Shown one piece after another: positions 26,787 to 39,230 of a stretch of DNA of 50,514 bases. Positions within the stretch are counted from its first letter, which is position 1. Each line of letters starts with the position of its first letter. This DNA comes from Eledone cirrhosa. Taxonomy: Eukaryota. The DNA is taken from assembly GCA_964016885.1 (NCBI GenBank), contig CAXHJY010001482.1, positions 1 to 50,514 of the forward strand, in the 5' to 3' direction. The notes below the pieces were generated by a model. The model had not been told where the DNA came from. It searched no databases and worked only from the letters and a program-made list of their open reading frames with translations. The position numbers were made by a program, and so were the translations under genes.

Positions 26787-29279
26787 TGTGGAACAATTAT
26801 ATTATATATATGTAGAACAATTCTTTCGCGGTGATTGATTGGTTCAACGGCATATGTAACAAGGAACATTGCCGTTTTATCCAATTCGACATCAACAATT
26901 ACTACTCCTCCATCACTTTACCACTTCTCCTTAGAGCTATCAATTTCGCTAAAACACTCACAGTGGTTAAGGATTTCGAAGTTGATGTCATCCTTAATGC
27001 CCGAAAGTCGGTGATTAATTTCGACGACTCTATTTGGATTAAAAAATCCAATAGTACCCCATTCGACTTGAGTATGGGCGCCAGTGACTCTGCGGAGGTT
27101 ACTGATCTTATTGGCCTTTTCCTTCTTTTCTCTATCAAGGACGAATTCCCCAACGCAGGCGGTGGTTTGTACCATGACGATGGTCTTTTGACCAGGCGGT
27201 GGTTTGTACCATGACGATGGTCTTTTGACCATGACTAAGTGCGGACCTCGTGCTTGCGACAGGTTCAGAAAAGAACTCACAGCCTTCTTTAAAGGCTTCA
27301 ACCTCTCTATACAGGTTGAGGCCAATCTCTCGGTCGTTAATTACCTCGACGTTACCCTCAATTTATTGAATGGGTTGTATTACCCGTATAGAAAGCCGAA
27401 TGATACGCTTAATTACATAAGTAAGCATTCCAACCATCCTGCCAGCATAACCAAGAACCTGGTAAAAAACGTTTCGTTGAGACTTTCCCGTCTTTCCACC
27501 AACGAGCGCATTTTCAACGACCATTCCACTTATTACAATGAAGCTCTTGCTCGAAGTGGATTTGTCGATAAGGTAGCATATACAGAGTACGAAAATAGAC
27601 CTAGAAGAAATAGATCCCGTCGCATTTGTTGGTTTAACCCACCATATAATATGGAGGTGGCCACACCATTAGCTAAGATCTTTCTTTCCCTTATTACGAA
27701 GCATTTTCCCCCTACACATAAATATAGTAAAATTTTTAATAGAAATACTATTAAAATTTCTTACTCTACGACTCCTAACCTTGCACATAACATCACAGCT
27801 TCAAATTTAGCTAAACTACCTAGCCGTAGGAACACGTGCAACCCTGTAGTTAGTACTAACTGTAATTGTAGGAATCGGGCTGATTGCCCCCTATCCGGGA
27901 AATGCCTCTCTAGTAACATTGTCTACAAATGTAAGGTTGTAACACCCACGTCCTGTAGGGCCTACATAGGGTTAACCGCCAATAGTTTCAAGCAGTGTCT
28001 TTACATGCATACCCATTCTTTTCGTTACCCTCTAAAAAGGAATACGACGTCACTTTCAGCTTATATCTGGAGTCTAAAAGACAACCACATCCAATATAAG
28101 TTACACTGGGAGATCCTAGTTAGGGCTAGATCGTATAACGGAAATAAAAGACCATGTGACCTCTGCGCCGCTGAGGCCCTGGAAATACTCTACGCCACAG
28201 ACCACATCTTAAACAAAAAATCTGAGGCAATTTCGGCTTGTAAACATAAATTGCACAAAACTTTCCTGTATTACAGCCCCACGTTATACCCTAACGGATA
28301 GCACGATCTATACGTGGATATTTTACGTCTTGATGTGGGAGCTAAGTATATGTTTTGTTTATTCCTTTACTTATTTGCATAGGTAAGTATATATTACCCG
28401 TATGTTTTGTGAAGGTATGTATACCTTCTCGTATGTATATTTAACTGTTATGGCGTATAATTTTTACATATTCTGGCATTTAGGGTTTGGCTATGTGTAT
28501 ACGGGAGTTTTGCGTCTGCGTGAGTATGCAGGTTCGTACGTATGGTGGGTGTGTGTATATGTGTACGTCTCCGAACATTCGTGTATTTATTTGTAGGTAT
28601 GTGTGTGCGCTTGTTATATACGTATTTATTTACTTATATACGTTTATATAATTATTTATTTGTTTGTACACAAGCATACACAAACACACATATTTATATG
28701 TGCGTGGTTTTGTATACCTATGGTAAGGTTTTGCTGATGCTTGTGTATGTACGTATCTGTTTGCGTGTATGTATTTATTTGTTTCTATTACTTCTGTATT
28801 GTATTTATTTACTTTGTTCTTAACCCTGTAGCGGAGATTCATTTAGTCTCCTAGTTAGAATTTTAGTCTACAACTTCTGCTATACCATTTACGTGGTTTT
28901 GTCTTTGCGTGCTATTGTTCTCGACGCTCCACATATGACGTATTATCTTCGTTTTTTCGTACATTGCCAGAGAATGTCTCTATGCACCACCTAAGAGAAC
29001 ATTAGTCTACGACCTCTTTTATACCATAAACGTGGTTCTGTCTTTGCGCGTAATTGTTTTTCACCGCTCCTATTAATGACGTATTATTCGTTTTTTCCCG
29101 TTCTTTGCCAGCGAACGTTACCACGAACCAAAGTATCGTCTTCCTGTCTTCCTCCGGTTGCAACGTTTTTTGAAATATCCAGTTCTGCGTTTACAGATTG
29201 ACTTTGTTAGTTTCAGAAGATCCCGTTAAGGGTGAAAGCAGCGATTCTTGGCTTAAACTTTAATCTGTTATTTTAATAA

Positions 29280-29282
<3 letters not shown>
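26787..29282 (+). mobile_element. 5'-truncated Penelope-like element (tentatively Nematis-like) with ~1-kb 3' UTR
   Basis: [43 protein letters not shown]-x4-CPL-x-G-x-C and a GIY-YIG region (NIVYKC...YIGLT). TA-flanked. Confidence 0.85.
26831..28301 (+). pseudogene. PLE RT + GIY-YIG endonuclease, frameshifted by a 37-bp duplication
   Basis: ORFs 26831..27214 and 27204..28301. Exact tandem duplication at 27157-27193 / 27194-27230. Confidence 0.87.
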
Positions 29283-29311
<29 letters not shown>

Positions 29312-29408
29312 ATAAATATATATACATATAAATATATATACATATATATATATATACATACACATATATATATATATATACATACATACATATATATATA
29401 CATACACA

Positions 29409-29444
<36 letters not shown>

Positions 29445-29588
29445 CATACACATATATATATATATATACATACATATATATATATACATACACATATATA
29501 TATATATATATATATACATATATATATACATACATATATATATATACATACATATATATATACATACATATATATATATATACATACA

Positions 29589-29629
<41 letters not shown>

Positions 29630-29652
29630 ACATATATATATATATACATACA

Positions 29653-29721
<69 letters not shown>

Positions 29722-29941
29722 ATACATATATATATATACATACATATATATATATATAATTATACATATATATATATATATAATTATACATATATATATA
29801 CATACATATATATATAATTATATATATATATATATACATACATACATATATATATATACATACACATATATATATATATATATATACACATATATATATA
29901 CATACATATATATATATACATACATATATATATATACATAC
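29283..29941. repeat. (TA)n/(TACA)n microsatellite
   Basis: Directly visible. Confidence 0.97.
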
Positions 29942-30150
29942 ATTGTTATACTTGGGGAGGGTCATATTTGCGTAATATTGCCAGAATTAATAACAGAACA
30001 CACTCACTGTTTGGTTGGTTTTCGCTTCTCGCTGACTTTTATATCTGCGATCTAACTTACTCGGTCCTCAATGTTGCCATTGACTGACCGACGGTCAAAA
30101 ATAATACAGATACAATATAGACACAAACACATATATATAGTTTACATAAT

Positions 30151-30195
30151 TTACATAAATCTTTCGTTGCACATCTGCAACATCGTCAGTGGTGT
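30151..30195 (-). ncRNA. Hammerhead motif (stem I degenerate)
   Basis: Reverse complement reads CTGACGA-t-GTTGCA-gatg-TGCAAC-GAAA-gatt-TA-tg. Position is homologous to the HHR at 7463. Confidence 0.6.
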
Positions 30196-30463
30196 TATAT
30201 TTTTTTCCTCCTGTTGTGTTGTATGTCTACGCCATTTTTTATTCAGTCTGTCTATATATTTATTTATTTATTTGCTTGTTTGTTTATTTTATTTTGTCTT
30301 CTTTGCGCATGCGTTTGCGTGTGTGTATAGTGTTATGTGTGCTGTGTGACTAGTGTGTATAGTGTTGTTTCTGTTGGGTGACTAGTGTGTGTTTATGTGC
30401 TTGTTGTTATTGTGCTTGTGTATGTATTTATTTATCTTATTTTATTTAATTTTATTTACTTAT

Positions 30464-31499
30464 TTATACTTCTCTTAGGTCAGTGTTGTTTGTTTGGGTG
30501 TTGTTGTTGTTCCACTCATTCTTTCTGTTTAGCTTTGGTCTTCTAATTTCTATTTCACTGGCCTCTCTGATTTGCCTATCTGCTGGGTCATTCCTATGTT
30601 TAGATATTATTCTAATTTCTATGTTGTCTGTGTTACCGTCATGTTGTTGTCTAGCATGTTCGTATAGTACTGACCCGTTTTTTCGTCCTTTTAGTTCCCC
30701 CCAGTGTTGGTCTATCCTTTCACCTATGCTACGAGCTGTCTCACCTATGTATGTTGTCATGTTTCTGCAAGTACCCTCTGTACATCTTATGCTATAGACT
30801 ACGTTTCTAGTTTTACAGTTTATCCGGGGGTTCACCTTACATATGATACATTTCCTATTGGTACAGTGGGTTTTCTTAAAAGGGTAGGTTTTGCTGATCA
30901 GGGATTTTATGGTGGTTCCTGGCTTTTCTACCACCTTTATTTTTAAGTGGGTCTTTCTCAGGGCCTTTCTACACTGGTTAGCTAATTTCCCTCCAGGGGT
31001 GGCGTCCACAAACATGACACTCTGATATCTCTGGTTGTCGTACCATGATCTGGCCTTCCCTATCTTATGTCTAGCCCTATCTAAGCTATTCCATGATTTG
31101 CTCCTGTATAGTGGGCAAATTCCTTTCATGTCCAGTTCTATGAGGGTCTTATACGTTTCCATGGCTCCTTCGTATACTCTGACTCTGTCTCTTTGGTTGT
31201 AGCCAGAGAACTGCATGCGGTTGATGAAGTGTTGGATGTGTCTTTCCATTTCTGTTGGGTCGCACATGCTGGACACATTCTTCATCACTCGTACCAAATC
31301 TGCGATCAGAATATTAAACTTAGCACTACTGGACATTGCTGAGTTTTTGAGTATCAGGTATTTGGAGGCCATGGGTTTAGCATAGTGTGAGTGGAGAATT
31401 TGGGCTCTCTCGTCTATAGTGTTAATCCAGAGTTCTGTGTCTAATACAGGTAGTCTATTGTTAGGGTGTTTGGAAGGGAAGTCGATGCCAAGCTGAAAG
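30464..31499 (-). pseudogene. C-terminal part of PLE ORF (RT thumb + GIY-YIG), 5'-truncated but uninterrupted
   Basis: Non-microsatellite part of ORF 30464..31822. Confidence 0.85.
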
Positions 31500-31523
31500 G
31501 TATATACATACATATATATATAC

Positions 31524-31632
<109 letters not shown>

Positions 31633-31633
31633 C

Positions 31634-31774
<141 letters not shown>

Positions 31775-32079
31775 CATTACCAGCGTAAAGCAAACAATTA
31801 TTATTATTGTTATTATATACAAGCTGAACTGGACTGGGAAAGGTCAACAGTTGACATAATATTGATTTTGATGATTTTGATTTTGATTTTGTATTTGTAT
31901 CAGTACTGTCGGTAATATATGTATATATATGTGTGTTTGTGAGTGGTGTGTGTGATTGTATGCATGAATGAGTGTTGGTATGTGAGTGGCGTGTGTGTGG
32001 TTGTGGTTTGTATGCATGAGTGTTGGTGTGTGAGTGTTCGTGTGTGCATCGTGTCAATAAGTGTTTTTTTTTATGACCA

Positions 32080-35000
32080 TGCTGTAAAATGGAGGGGTAG
32101 AGAGGGCCCTTGAGTCTAGTAAGACATCCTCTCTAGTGCTGGTGGCACAAATAAAAGCCCCAGTCCATGCTGTAAAGTGGCGCTGGTGTTAGGAAGGGCA
32201 TCCAACCAGTGTTATCAGCAAAACTCTTATCAGCACAGCAACAAATAGGAACAACAACAAAATATGAAGACATCGCATCTCAGAGTTGCAACACTTAATG
32301 TTGGCACTCTCAGAGGTAGATCTGCTGAAATAGCGGAGATGCTGGAGAGAAGGCAGGTGGATGTGTGCTGCGTGCAAGTAGGGGGAGTAGGCATTTTCCT
32401 GGCTGAGAAATGGATCAATAAGACAATAGAGGTAGTTCGAGTTAGTAATCGAATAATTAAGCTTAGATTAGTTGTAGGTAGGAGACTAGTGACAATCATC
32501 TCGGTCTATGCTCTCCAAGCAGGCCTAGGCAAAGATGAGAAAGACTGCTATTATGAGCAATTTTTGCAAACAACCGCAATGACAGAGGACGGAGACATTG
32601 TTATGCTAGCAGGAGACTTCAATGGTCATGTTGGACAGCTCCAGGATGGTTACACTGGGGTACATGGTGGGCATGGTTACGGTTCAAGAAATGAGCAAGG
32701 AGTGAGACTTCTTGAATTTTGTGATGCGGGTACATTGACTATTTGCAACACAAACTTCCAGAAACCTGCCAATCACCTAATAACCTACAAATCTGGTGAG
32801 CAGATTGACTTCCTGCTAGTTAGGCAGCAGGACAAGCAGATAGTGTCTAATACCAAGGCATACCCTGGGGAAGAATGTACCCCACAGCATAGGTTAGTTG
32901 TTAGTGATATCTCAGTAAGCAAGAGATGGAATGAGTCATATAGGAAGGTGTGGAGAAGAAAGGTCTGGAAGCTAAAAGACCTTTCACTAAAATACAAATT
33001 TAGGAAAGCCCTTCAAGATGTATATGACGAAAAAGAAGACGATTTAGAGACGTATGACATAGATAATAACTGGAATTTCTTACGTGACAACTTGCTGCAG
33101 GCTACTGATGAAACCTGTGGCTGGAGCAGAGCTCCAACCAGACAGAGAGTGACCTGGTGGTGGAAAAGCACAGTAGATAAGACTATTAGAGACAAAAGAC
33201 TAGCATGGAAGGCTTGGAAAAAGGGTGGGAGTAGGGAAGAATATACAGCCACTAAGAGAGAGAAGCTAGATGTCAGGTGTACTTAGCACGCAGGGAGGCA
33301 GAGAGTAGGAGGTTTGCCAATGTTCTGCGACGGGAAGATCAGAGGCGTGCGGTGTTCTACATTGCAAGGCAGTGTGTCAATACCAATCAGGATGTTGTTG
33401 GAGATAAATGTGTCCGGGATGATGCCGGTGTACTTAGTGTCACGAATGATCAGAAAAAGGAGGCCTGGAAATGTCATTATGAGAGACTGATGAATGTGGA
33501 CAACGAATGGGAGAGAGAGAAATTACCCTTGGTGGATCCGACAGAGGGACCAGCTATTGAGATTGACGAATATAGGGTCCAAGAGGCGATTAGGGAAATG
33601 AAAAATGGTAAGGCTGCCGGACCATCGGGAATAGTTGCTGAGATGCTGAAGGCATCAGGGGACGTAGGCACTAAACTGGTTGCACGCATCATCAATCAGG
33701 CTATATATGGTGGTGTCATACCCAAAGACTGGTGCAGCAGTATTCTCATAAATTGCTACAAAGGTAAAGGGGATGCTTTGGAGAGGAGCAATTATAGGGG
33801 TATAAAACTGATAGATCAGGTTATGAAAGTGGCAGAAAGGATTTTAGCACAACTAATTAGAGAAAGGGTCAAACTAGATGAGATGCAGTTTGGTTTTGTG
33901 CCTGGGAAGAGTACAACAGATGCCCTCTTCTTGGTGAGACAATTGCAAGAGAGGTTCTTAGAGAAGAATAAGCCACTATACTTAGCCTTTGTTGACCTAG
34001 AGAAGGCCTTTGATAGGGTACCCCGATCTGTCATCTGGTGGTCCCTAAGGAAGCTAGGTGTTGAGGAATGGCTTGTGAGGACGGTGCAAACTTTGTACAG
34101 AGGTACTCTCAGTAAAGTCAGGGTAGGAATGGAGTTTAGTGAGGAATTCCAGATACAAGTAGGAGTACATCAGGGTTCGGTCCTCAGCCCGCTCTTGTTC
34201 ATTATAGTCCTCCAAGCCATAACAGAGGAGTTTAAGACTGGCTGTCCATGGGAACTTCTCTATGCTGACGATCTGGTTCTTATAGCAGAATCAGTAGCGG
34301 GGCTAGAGAATAAATTCTGGCTATGGAAACAGCAGTTGGAAGCAAGAGGACTGAGAGTGAATCTAGCTAAGACAAAAGTGTTGATGAGTAGAAAAGAGGA
34401 CAAAACCCTGATTCCGTCAGGGAAATGGCCATGTTCGATATGCAGAAAAGGAACTGGCATAAATTCTATAAAATGCACACAATGCAGATCCTGGGTACAC
34501 AAGAGATGTAGCGGGATAGCAGGCAAACTAACAGGTAGGGAGAAATATGTATGCAGTAGATGTACAGGGAAATTAGACAGTAGAAGTCGCATTGATAGAC
34601 ACATTTTTCAAATGCAGGAGGGCGCTATAAAAGTGGTGGATAGCTTCCGGTACCTAGGAGATCAGATTAGCATGGGAGGAGGGTGTTCCGAGGCCATAGT
34701 ATCTAGAATAAGGACGGGTTGGAAGAAGTTTAGGGAGCTGCTTCCTCTGTTGACGAAGAAGGGTTTCTCCCTGCGTACGAAAGGTCGGTTGTATGATGCC
34801 TGTGTGAGGAGCGCGATGCTGCATGGTAGTGAGACATGGGCAGCAACTGCAGAGGATATGCGACGGCTGGAGAGAAATGAGGCAAGCATGCTCCGTTGGA
34901 TATGCAGTGTAAATGTGCGTGAACGACCCAGCATAAATGTGTTGAGAGAGAAACTGTGTCTGGGAGGGATAGAATGTAGTGTACGGGAGAGGAGACTGAG

Positions 35001-35239
35001 GTGGTATGGACATGTGATGCGCATGGAGGATGACCGATGGGTGAAGAAGTGCCAGGAATTGCCAGTTGAAGGAAGACGTGGTAGAGGTAGACCACGAAAA
35101 ACATGGGCGGAGGTGGTGAGAACAGACCTCAGATCATTGAAGCTCACGGTGGAGATGACGAGAGACCTTGACGAGTGGAGAGATTCTGTGCTGAATAAGA
35201 CCCGTCCCACCCTTGCAAACAGGGAAAAGCAGAGGTAAA

Positions 35240-35273
<34 letters not shown>
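32080..35273 (+). mobile_element. RTE-clade LINE (RTE copy 2), related to copy 1; 5' boundary approximate
   Basis: 5' UTR motif ggtgttaggaagggcatccaac, APE and RT motifs collinear with copy 1, and a (GAT)n tail at 35240-35273. Confidence 0.9.
32264..35238 (+). pseudogene. RTE APE+RT ORF with one frameshift and an in-frame APE deletion
   Basis: ORFs 32264..33286 and 33277..35238. CCVQ joins directly to VGGVGIF, so the ETRW...GND segment seen in copy 1 is missing. Confidence 0.9.
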
Positions 35274-35274
<1 letters not shown>

Positions 35275-35536
35275 ATAAACATATATATATATATATAAAC
35301 ATATATATATAAACATATATATATATAAAATATATATATATATAAACATATATATATATATAAACATATATATATATATATATAAACATATATATATATA
35401 TATAAACATATATAAACATATATATATATATATATATATAAACATATATATATATATATATATATAAACATATATATATATATAAACATATATATATATA
35501 TATATAAACATATATATATATATATATAAAATTATT

Positions 35537-36280
35537 TAAAAAAATAAACCGAAGAAGCCTTCAATACATCAAAAGTCTTTATTAGCCAACAATGTTTCGT
35601 CCTATTAAGGACTCATCAGGGCAAGTAAAGCTACAAGAAGCACTATCGGCCAATACAAGCTAAAAACTCAGAAGAATATGGAGTATACATCTATTAAAGC
35701 TTAGGAAAGATATTAAGGAAAAGTTGGCTAAGATTAAGAGTGATCAGTTACAAACATAGATATGGACCAAATAGCAAGGAAGTGATTAACATGTTGAACC
35801 CACATTGCAAATATTATATAATGCAAAAATTTGAAACACAAATGGTAATATAATGCGAGAATTACAGTACGATATAGAATATAATATAATATAATAGATG
35901 GTGATAATAAAAAGCGTAATATATGTATATATATATATATATCTCAATACATATACACATTAGTACATATACAAACTAACACTTATTAAGTATTTAAATA
36001 TATATATATATATATTTTGCTTACAGTATAATATAATAAAGATAAAAATAAGAATAAGGATAAAAATAAAAATAAAATATAATATATAATTCCCTGTCAG
36101 TGTGCATAAACAATATAGAAACATGATAATAACATTATAATAACAATATTATAATATATATATATTTTTTTTATAATTCTTCGGCTCTGTTTAATTACAT
36201 TGAGCTATATCTTATACTGCCATTTCTATAATATGAAGAGGGTGTTTAACTCCAACACACTCTAGTATTTTAATTCTTAT
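35537..36280. mobile_element. PLE 3' UTR pieces (family of the 39510-44092 element) in opposed orientation
   Basis: 35537-~36160 matches the 3' UTR on the minus strand. 36170-36280 matches the extreme 3' end (43988-44092) on the plus strand. Confidence 0.8.
35582..35625 (-). ncRNA. Minimal hammerhead ribozyme motif
   Basis: Reverse complement reads gcc-CTGATGA-GTCC-ttaata-GGAC-GAAA-cattg-TT-ggc, a canonical core. Confidence 0.8.
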
Positions 36281-36293
36281 ATATATATATATA

Positions 36294-36372
<79 letters not shown>

Positions 36373-36383
36373 ATATATATAAA

Positions 36384-36790
36384 TGAAGTAACAGGAGGCT
36401 GGACTGGTGTAAATCCTTGAAAGGTTTATGATACTATGATCATTTCAATGACCGGGTTCCATATGAATCCGGTGATATCATCAGGTATTGGAATATAACA
36501 AAGGAATATGTAAAAAGCTATGGGTCCGAGAAACCATGGGTCCGAGAAACCGGAGACAGAGAAGGCGGCTGACCAACTAGCTTCACAGCCAGCCGCCCTC
36601 AAAGTGTTGGCAACCGAAAAACTACCAGTGAATATCTGGTAAGGGGGTGCAGGCCTATCATGTACTACTACCACCCTTCAAAAAAGAAGGGGTAGAAAAA
36701 AAGAAAGAGAGAAAGAAGTGTAGTGTAAGGGTCAATTGACCATACAGAATGACCAGTTCTATCCAGTGGTGAACCAACAAACCTTAAGTA
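36384..36790 (-). mobile_element. Probable solo PLE pseudo-LTR of another family
   Basis: Non-coding island flanked by TA, with an HHR ~50 nt from its minus-strand 3' end. Confidence 0.55.
36431..36488 (-). ncRNA. Type-I hammerhead motif with long stem II and palindromic stem/loop III
   Basis: Reverse complement reads atac-CTGATGA-tatcACCGGattcatatggaacCCGGTcatt-GAAA-tgatca-TA-gtat. Confidence 0.75.
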
Positions 36791-37109
36791 ATAAACATAT
36801 ATATATATATAAACATATATATATATATATATATATAAAGATATATATATATATATATAAACATATATATATATAAATATATAAACATATATATATATAA
36901 ACATATATATATATATATACACATATATATATATATATATATAAACACATATATATATATAAACATATATATATATATAAACATATATATATATATAAAC
37001 ATATATATATATATACACATATATATATATATAAACATATATATATATATATAAACACATATATATATATAAACATATATATATATATAAACATATATAT
37101 ATATATATA

Positions 37110-37527
37110 TAAGAATTAAAATACTAGAGTGTGTTGGAGTTAAACACACTCTTCATATTATAGAAATGACAGTATAAGATATAGCTCAATGTAATTAAAC
37201 AGAGCCGAAGAAATATAAAAAAATAAACTAAAGAAGCCTTCAATACATCAAAAGTCTATATTAGCCAACAATGTTTCGTCCTATTAAGGACTCATCAGGG
37301 CAATTAAAGCTACAAGAAGCACTATCGGCCAATACAAGCCAAAAACTCAGAAGAATATGGAGTATACATCTATTAAAGCTTAGGAAAGATATTAAGGAAA
37401 AGTTGGCTAAGATTAAGAGTGATCAGTTACAAACATAGATATGGACCAAATAGCAAGGAAGTGATTAACATGTTGAACCCACATTGCAAATATTATATAA
37501 TGCAAAAATTTGAAACACAAATGGTAA
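37110..37527 (-). mobile_element. PLE 3' terminus/pLTR (family of the 39510-44092 element)
   Basis: Reverse complement of ~43700-44092. Nearly identical to 35540-35850 over the shared part. Confidence 0.85.
37261..37304 (-). ncRNA. Minimal hammerhead ribozyme motif
   Basis: Reverse complement reads attgcc-CTGATGA-GTCC-ttaata-GGAC-GAAA-cattg-TT-ggctaat. Confidence 0.8.
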
Positions 37528-37856
37528 TATATATATATATAAACATATATATATATATAAACACATATATATATATAAACATATATATATATAACACATA
37601 TATATATATAAACATATATATATATATAAACATATATATATATATATAAACATATATATATATATAAACATATATATATATATAAACATATATATATATA
37701 TAAACATATATATATATATATATAAACATATATATATAAACATATATATATATATAAACATATATATATATATAAACATATATATATATAAACATATATA
37801 TATATATATAAACATATATATATATATAAACATATATATATAAACATATATATATA

Positions 37857-38014
37857 TATATATGTGAAGACAAACATAGAATATTCGAAAATATTCTGTA
37901 TGTTTATAATAAACATTTTGAAGACCTAATCGCTATAGCGATTAGGTCTTCAAAATGTTTATTATAAACATACAGAATATTTTCGAATATTCTATGTTTG
38001 TCTTCACATATATA
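37857..38014. repeat. Perfect spacer-less palindrome (~79-bp arms)
   Basis: Centre cgcta|tagcg at 37935/37936. The arms (tatgtgaagacaaac... / ...gtttgtcttcacata) match exactly. Confidence 0.95.
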
Positions 38015-38036
38015 TCGCTATTTCAGAGCATTAAAT

Positions 38037-38080
<44 letters not shown>

Positions 38081-38295
38081 ATATATATAAACATATATAT
38101 ATAAACATATATATATATATATATAAACATATATATATGTATATATATAAACATATATATATATATATATATAAACATATATATATAGATATATATATAA
38201 ACATATATATATATATATATATAAAAATATATATATATATATAAACATATATATATATATATATATAAACATATATATATATATATATATATATA

Positions 38296-39230
38296 TTGTT
38301 ATACTTTGGGAGGGTCATGTTGCCAATAAGAAACACACGCACCAGTTGCTTTCACTTCAATTTATTATAATAAATTTATAAATTTACAAACTTATAAATT
38401 TCTGGTTGGTTGGTTGGTTCCACAACCAGATAGTTGTTTATATATTGTCAAAGTTCTTTCGTCACACATTCTGTGACCTCTTCAGTGACTGGGGATTCTT
38501 TTCTTTGTTTTTGTGCCTCTCCTTTGTTCTGTCCTACGCCATTTTGTTTATTTGCTCCTATACAAGGGGCAGGTCCCATTTGTGTCATTATTTACCATTT
38601 TTTCCCATTTGGTTCTGGCTCCTCTATACACTCTGATTTTATCTCTCTGATTGTAACCAGAGAAGTGCATACTGGTTACAATCAGAGAGATAAAATCAGA
38701 GTGTATAGAGGAGCCAGAACCAAATGGGAAAAAATGGTAAATAATGACACAAATGGGACCTGCCCCTTGTATAGGAGCAAATTTTGGAATAGAATAGAAA
38801 GAACTAGGAATAAGGCTAATAGAATAAACTCATGGTATGATAGCAATAAATACCAGAGTGTAATGTTCATCGATACAACCCCTAAAGGTGAATTAGCTTA
38901 CAAATTTAGAAGGGCCCTAGATAAACATAAACTCAATATTAAGATAGTAGAAAGACTAGGTACCTCCGTAAAACACTTATTAGCAAGACATACCCTTTTC
39001 AAAGACCCCCTGTATAGATAAGAAATGTATAACCTGTAAAATAAGCCCCCATATTAACTGTAAAACTAGAAATGTAGTATATAGCATAAGATATACTGAA
39101 GGACAATGTAGAGACAACAATATAGTGTACATAGGTGAGACAGCTCGTAGTGTAGGGGAACGGATAAATGAACACTGGTCAGACCTTCAAGATAGTAAAG
39201 AATCATCTGTACTCTACCAACATGCTAAAA
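38296..39230. mobile_element. Rearranged family-A PLE: minus-strand pLTR + fold-back + plus-strand GIY-YIG fragment
   Basis: 38296-38554 is the pLTR (homologous to 7399-7663). 38551-38660 / 38672-38781 are a perfect inverted repeat. 38672-39230 encodes GYNQRDK...SVMFIDTTP...NVVYSIR...YIGETARS, homologous to 30464-31210 but frameshifted. Confidence 0.85.
38446..38490 (-). ncRNA. Minimal hammerhead ribozyme motif
   Basis: Reverse complement reads gtca-CTGAAGA-g-GTCACA-gaatg-TGTGAC-GAAA-gaac-TT-tgac. Confidence 0.72.

Larger units (their letters stand above)
29942..31499 (-). mobile_element. 5'-truncated Penelope-like element (family A, tentatively Naiad-like): RT thumb + GIY-YIG + 3' UTR
   Basis: [21 protein letters not shown]-x4-C-x2-C linker, NVVYSIRC...YIGETARS...H, stop at 30464. 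The 3' end CCCTCCCCAAGTATAACAA lies next to TA/CA repeat. Confidence 0.85.

Noticed and set aside
29205-29255. Hammerhead-like CAGAAGA-t-CCC-gttaa-GGG-t-GAAA at the PLE 3' end
   Set aside because: The position is right, but U4 is altered and I could not build a convincing stem I or NUH site. At most a decayed motif.
30040-30100. Possible SECIS in the Naiad-like 3' UTR (hairpin tcggtc..tcaatg-gcaa-cattga..gaccga on the minus strand)
   Set aside because: There is no tandem GA quartet on the 3' side and no in-frame TGA in the visible ORF fragments, so selenoprotein coding is unsupported here.
35274-38295. Regularly spaced TAAACA units suggesting a CRISPR-like or telomeric array
   Set aside because: The spacers are only variable-length TA runs, there are no cas genes, and the context is eukaryotic.
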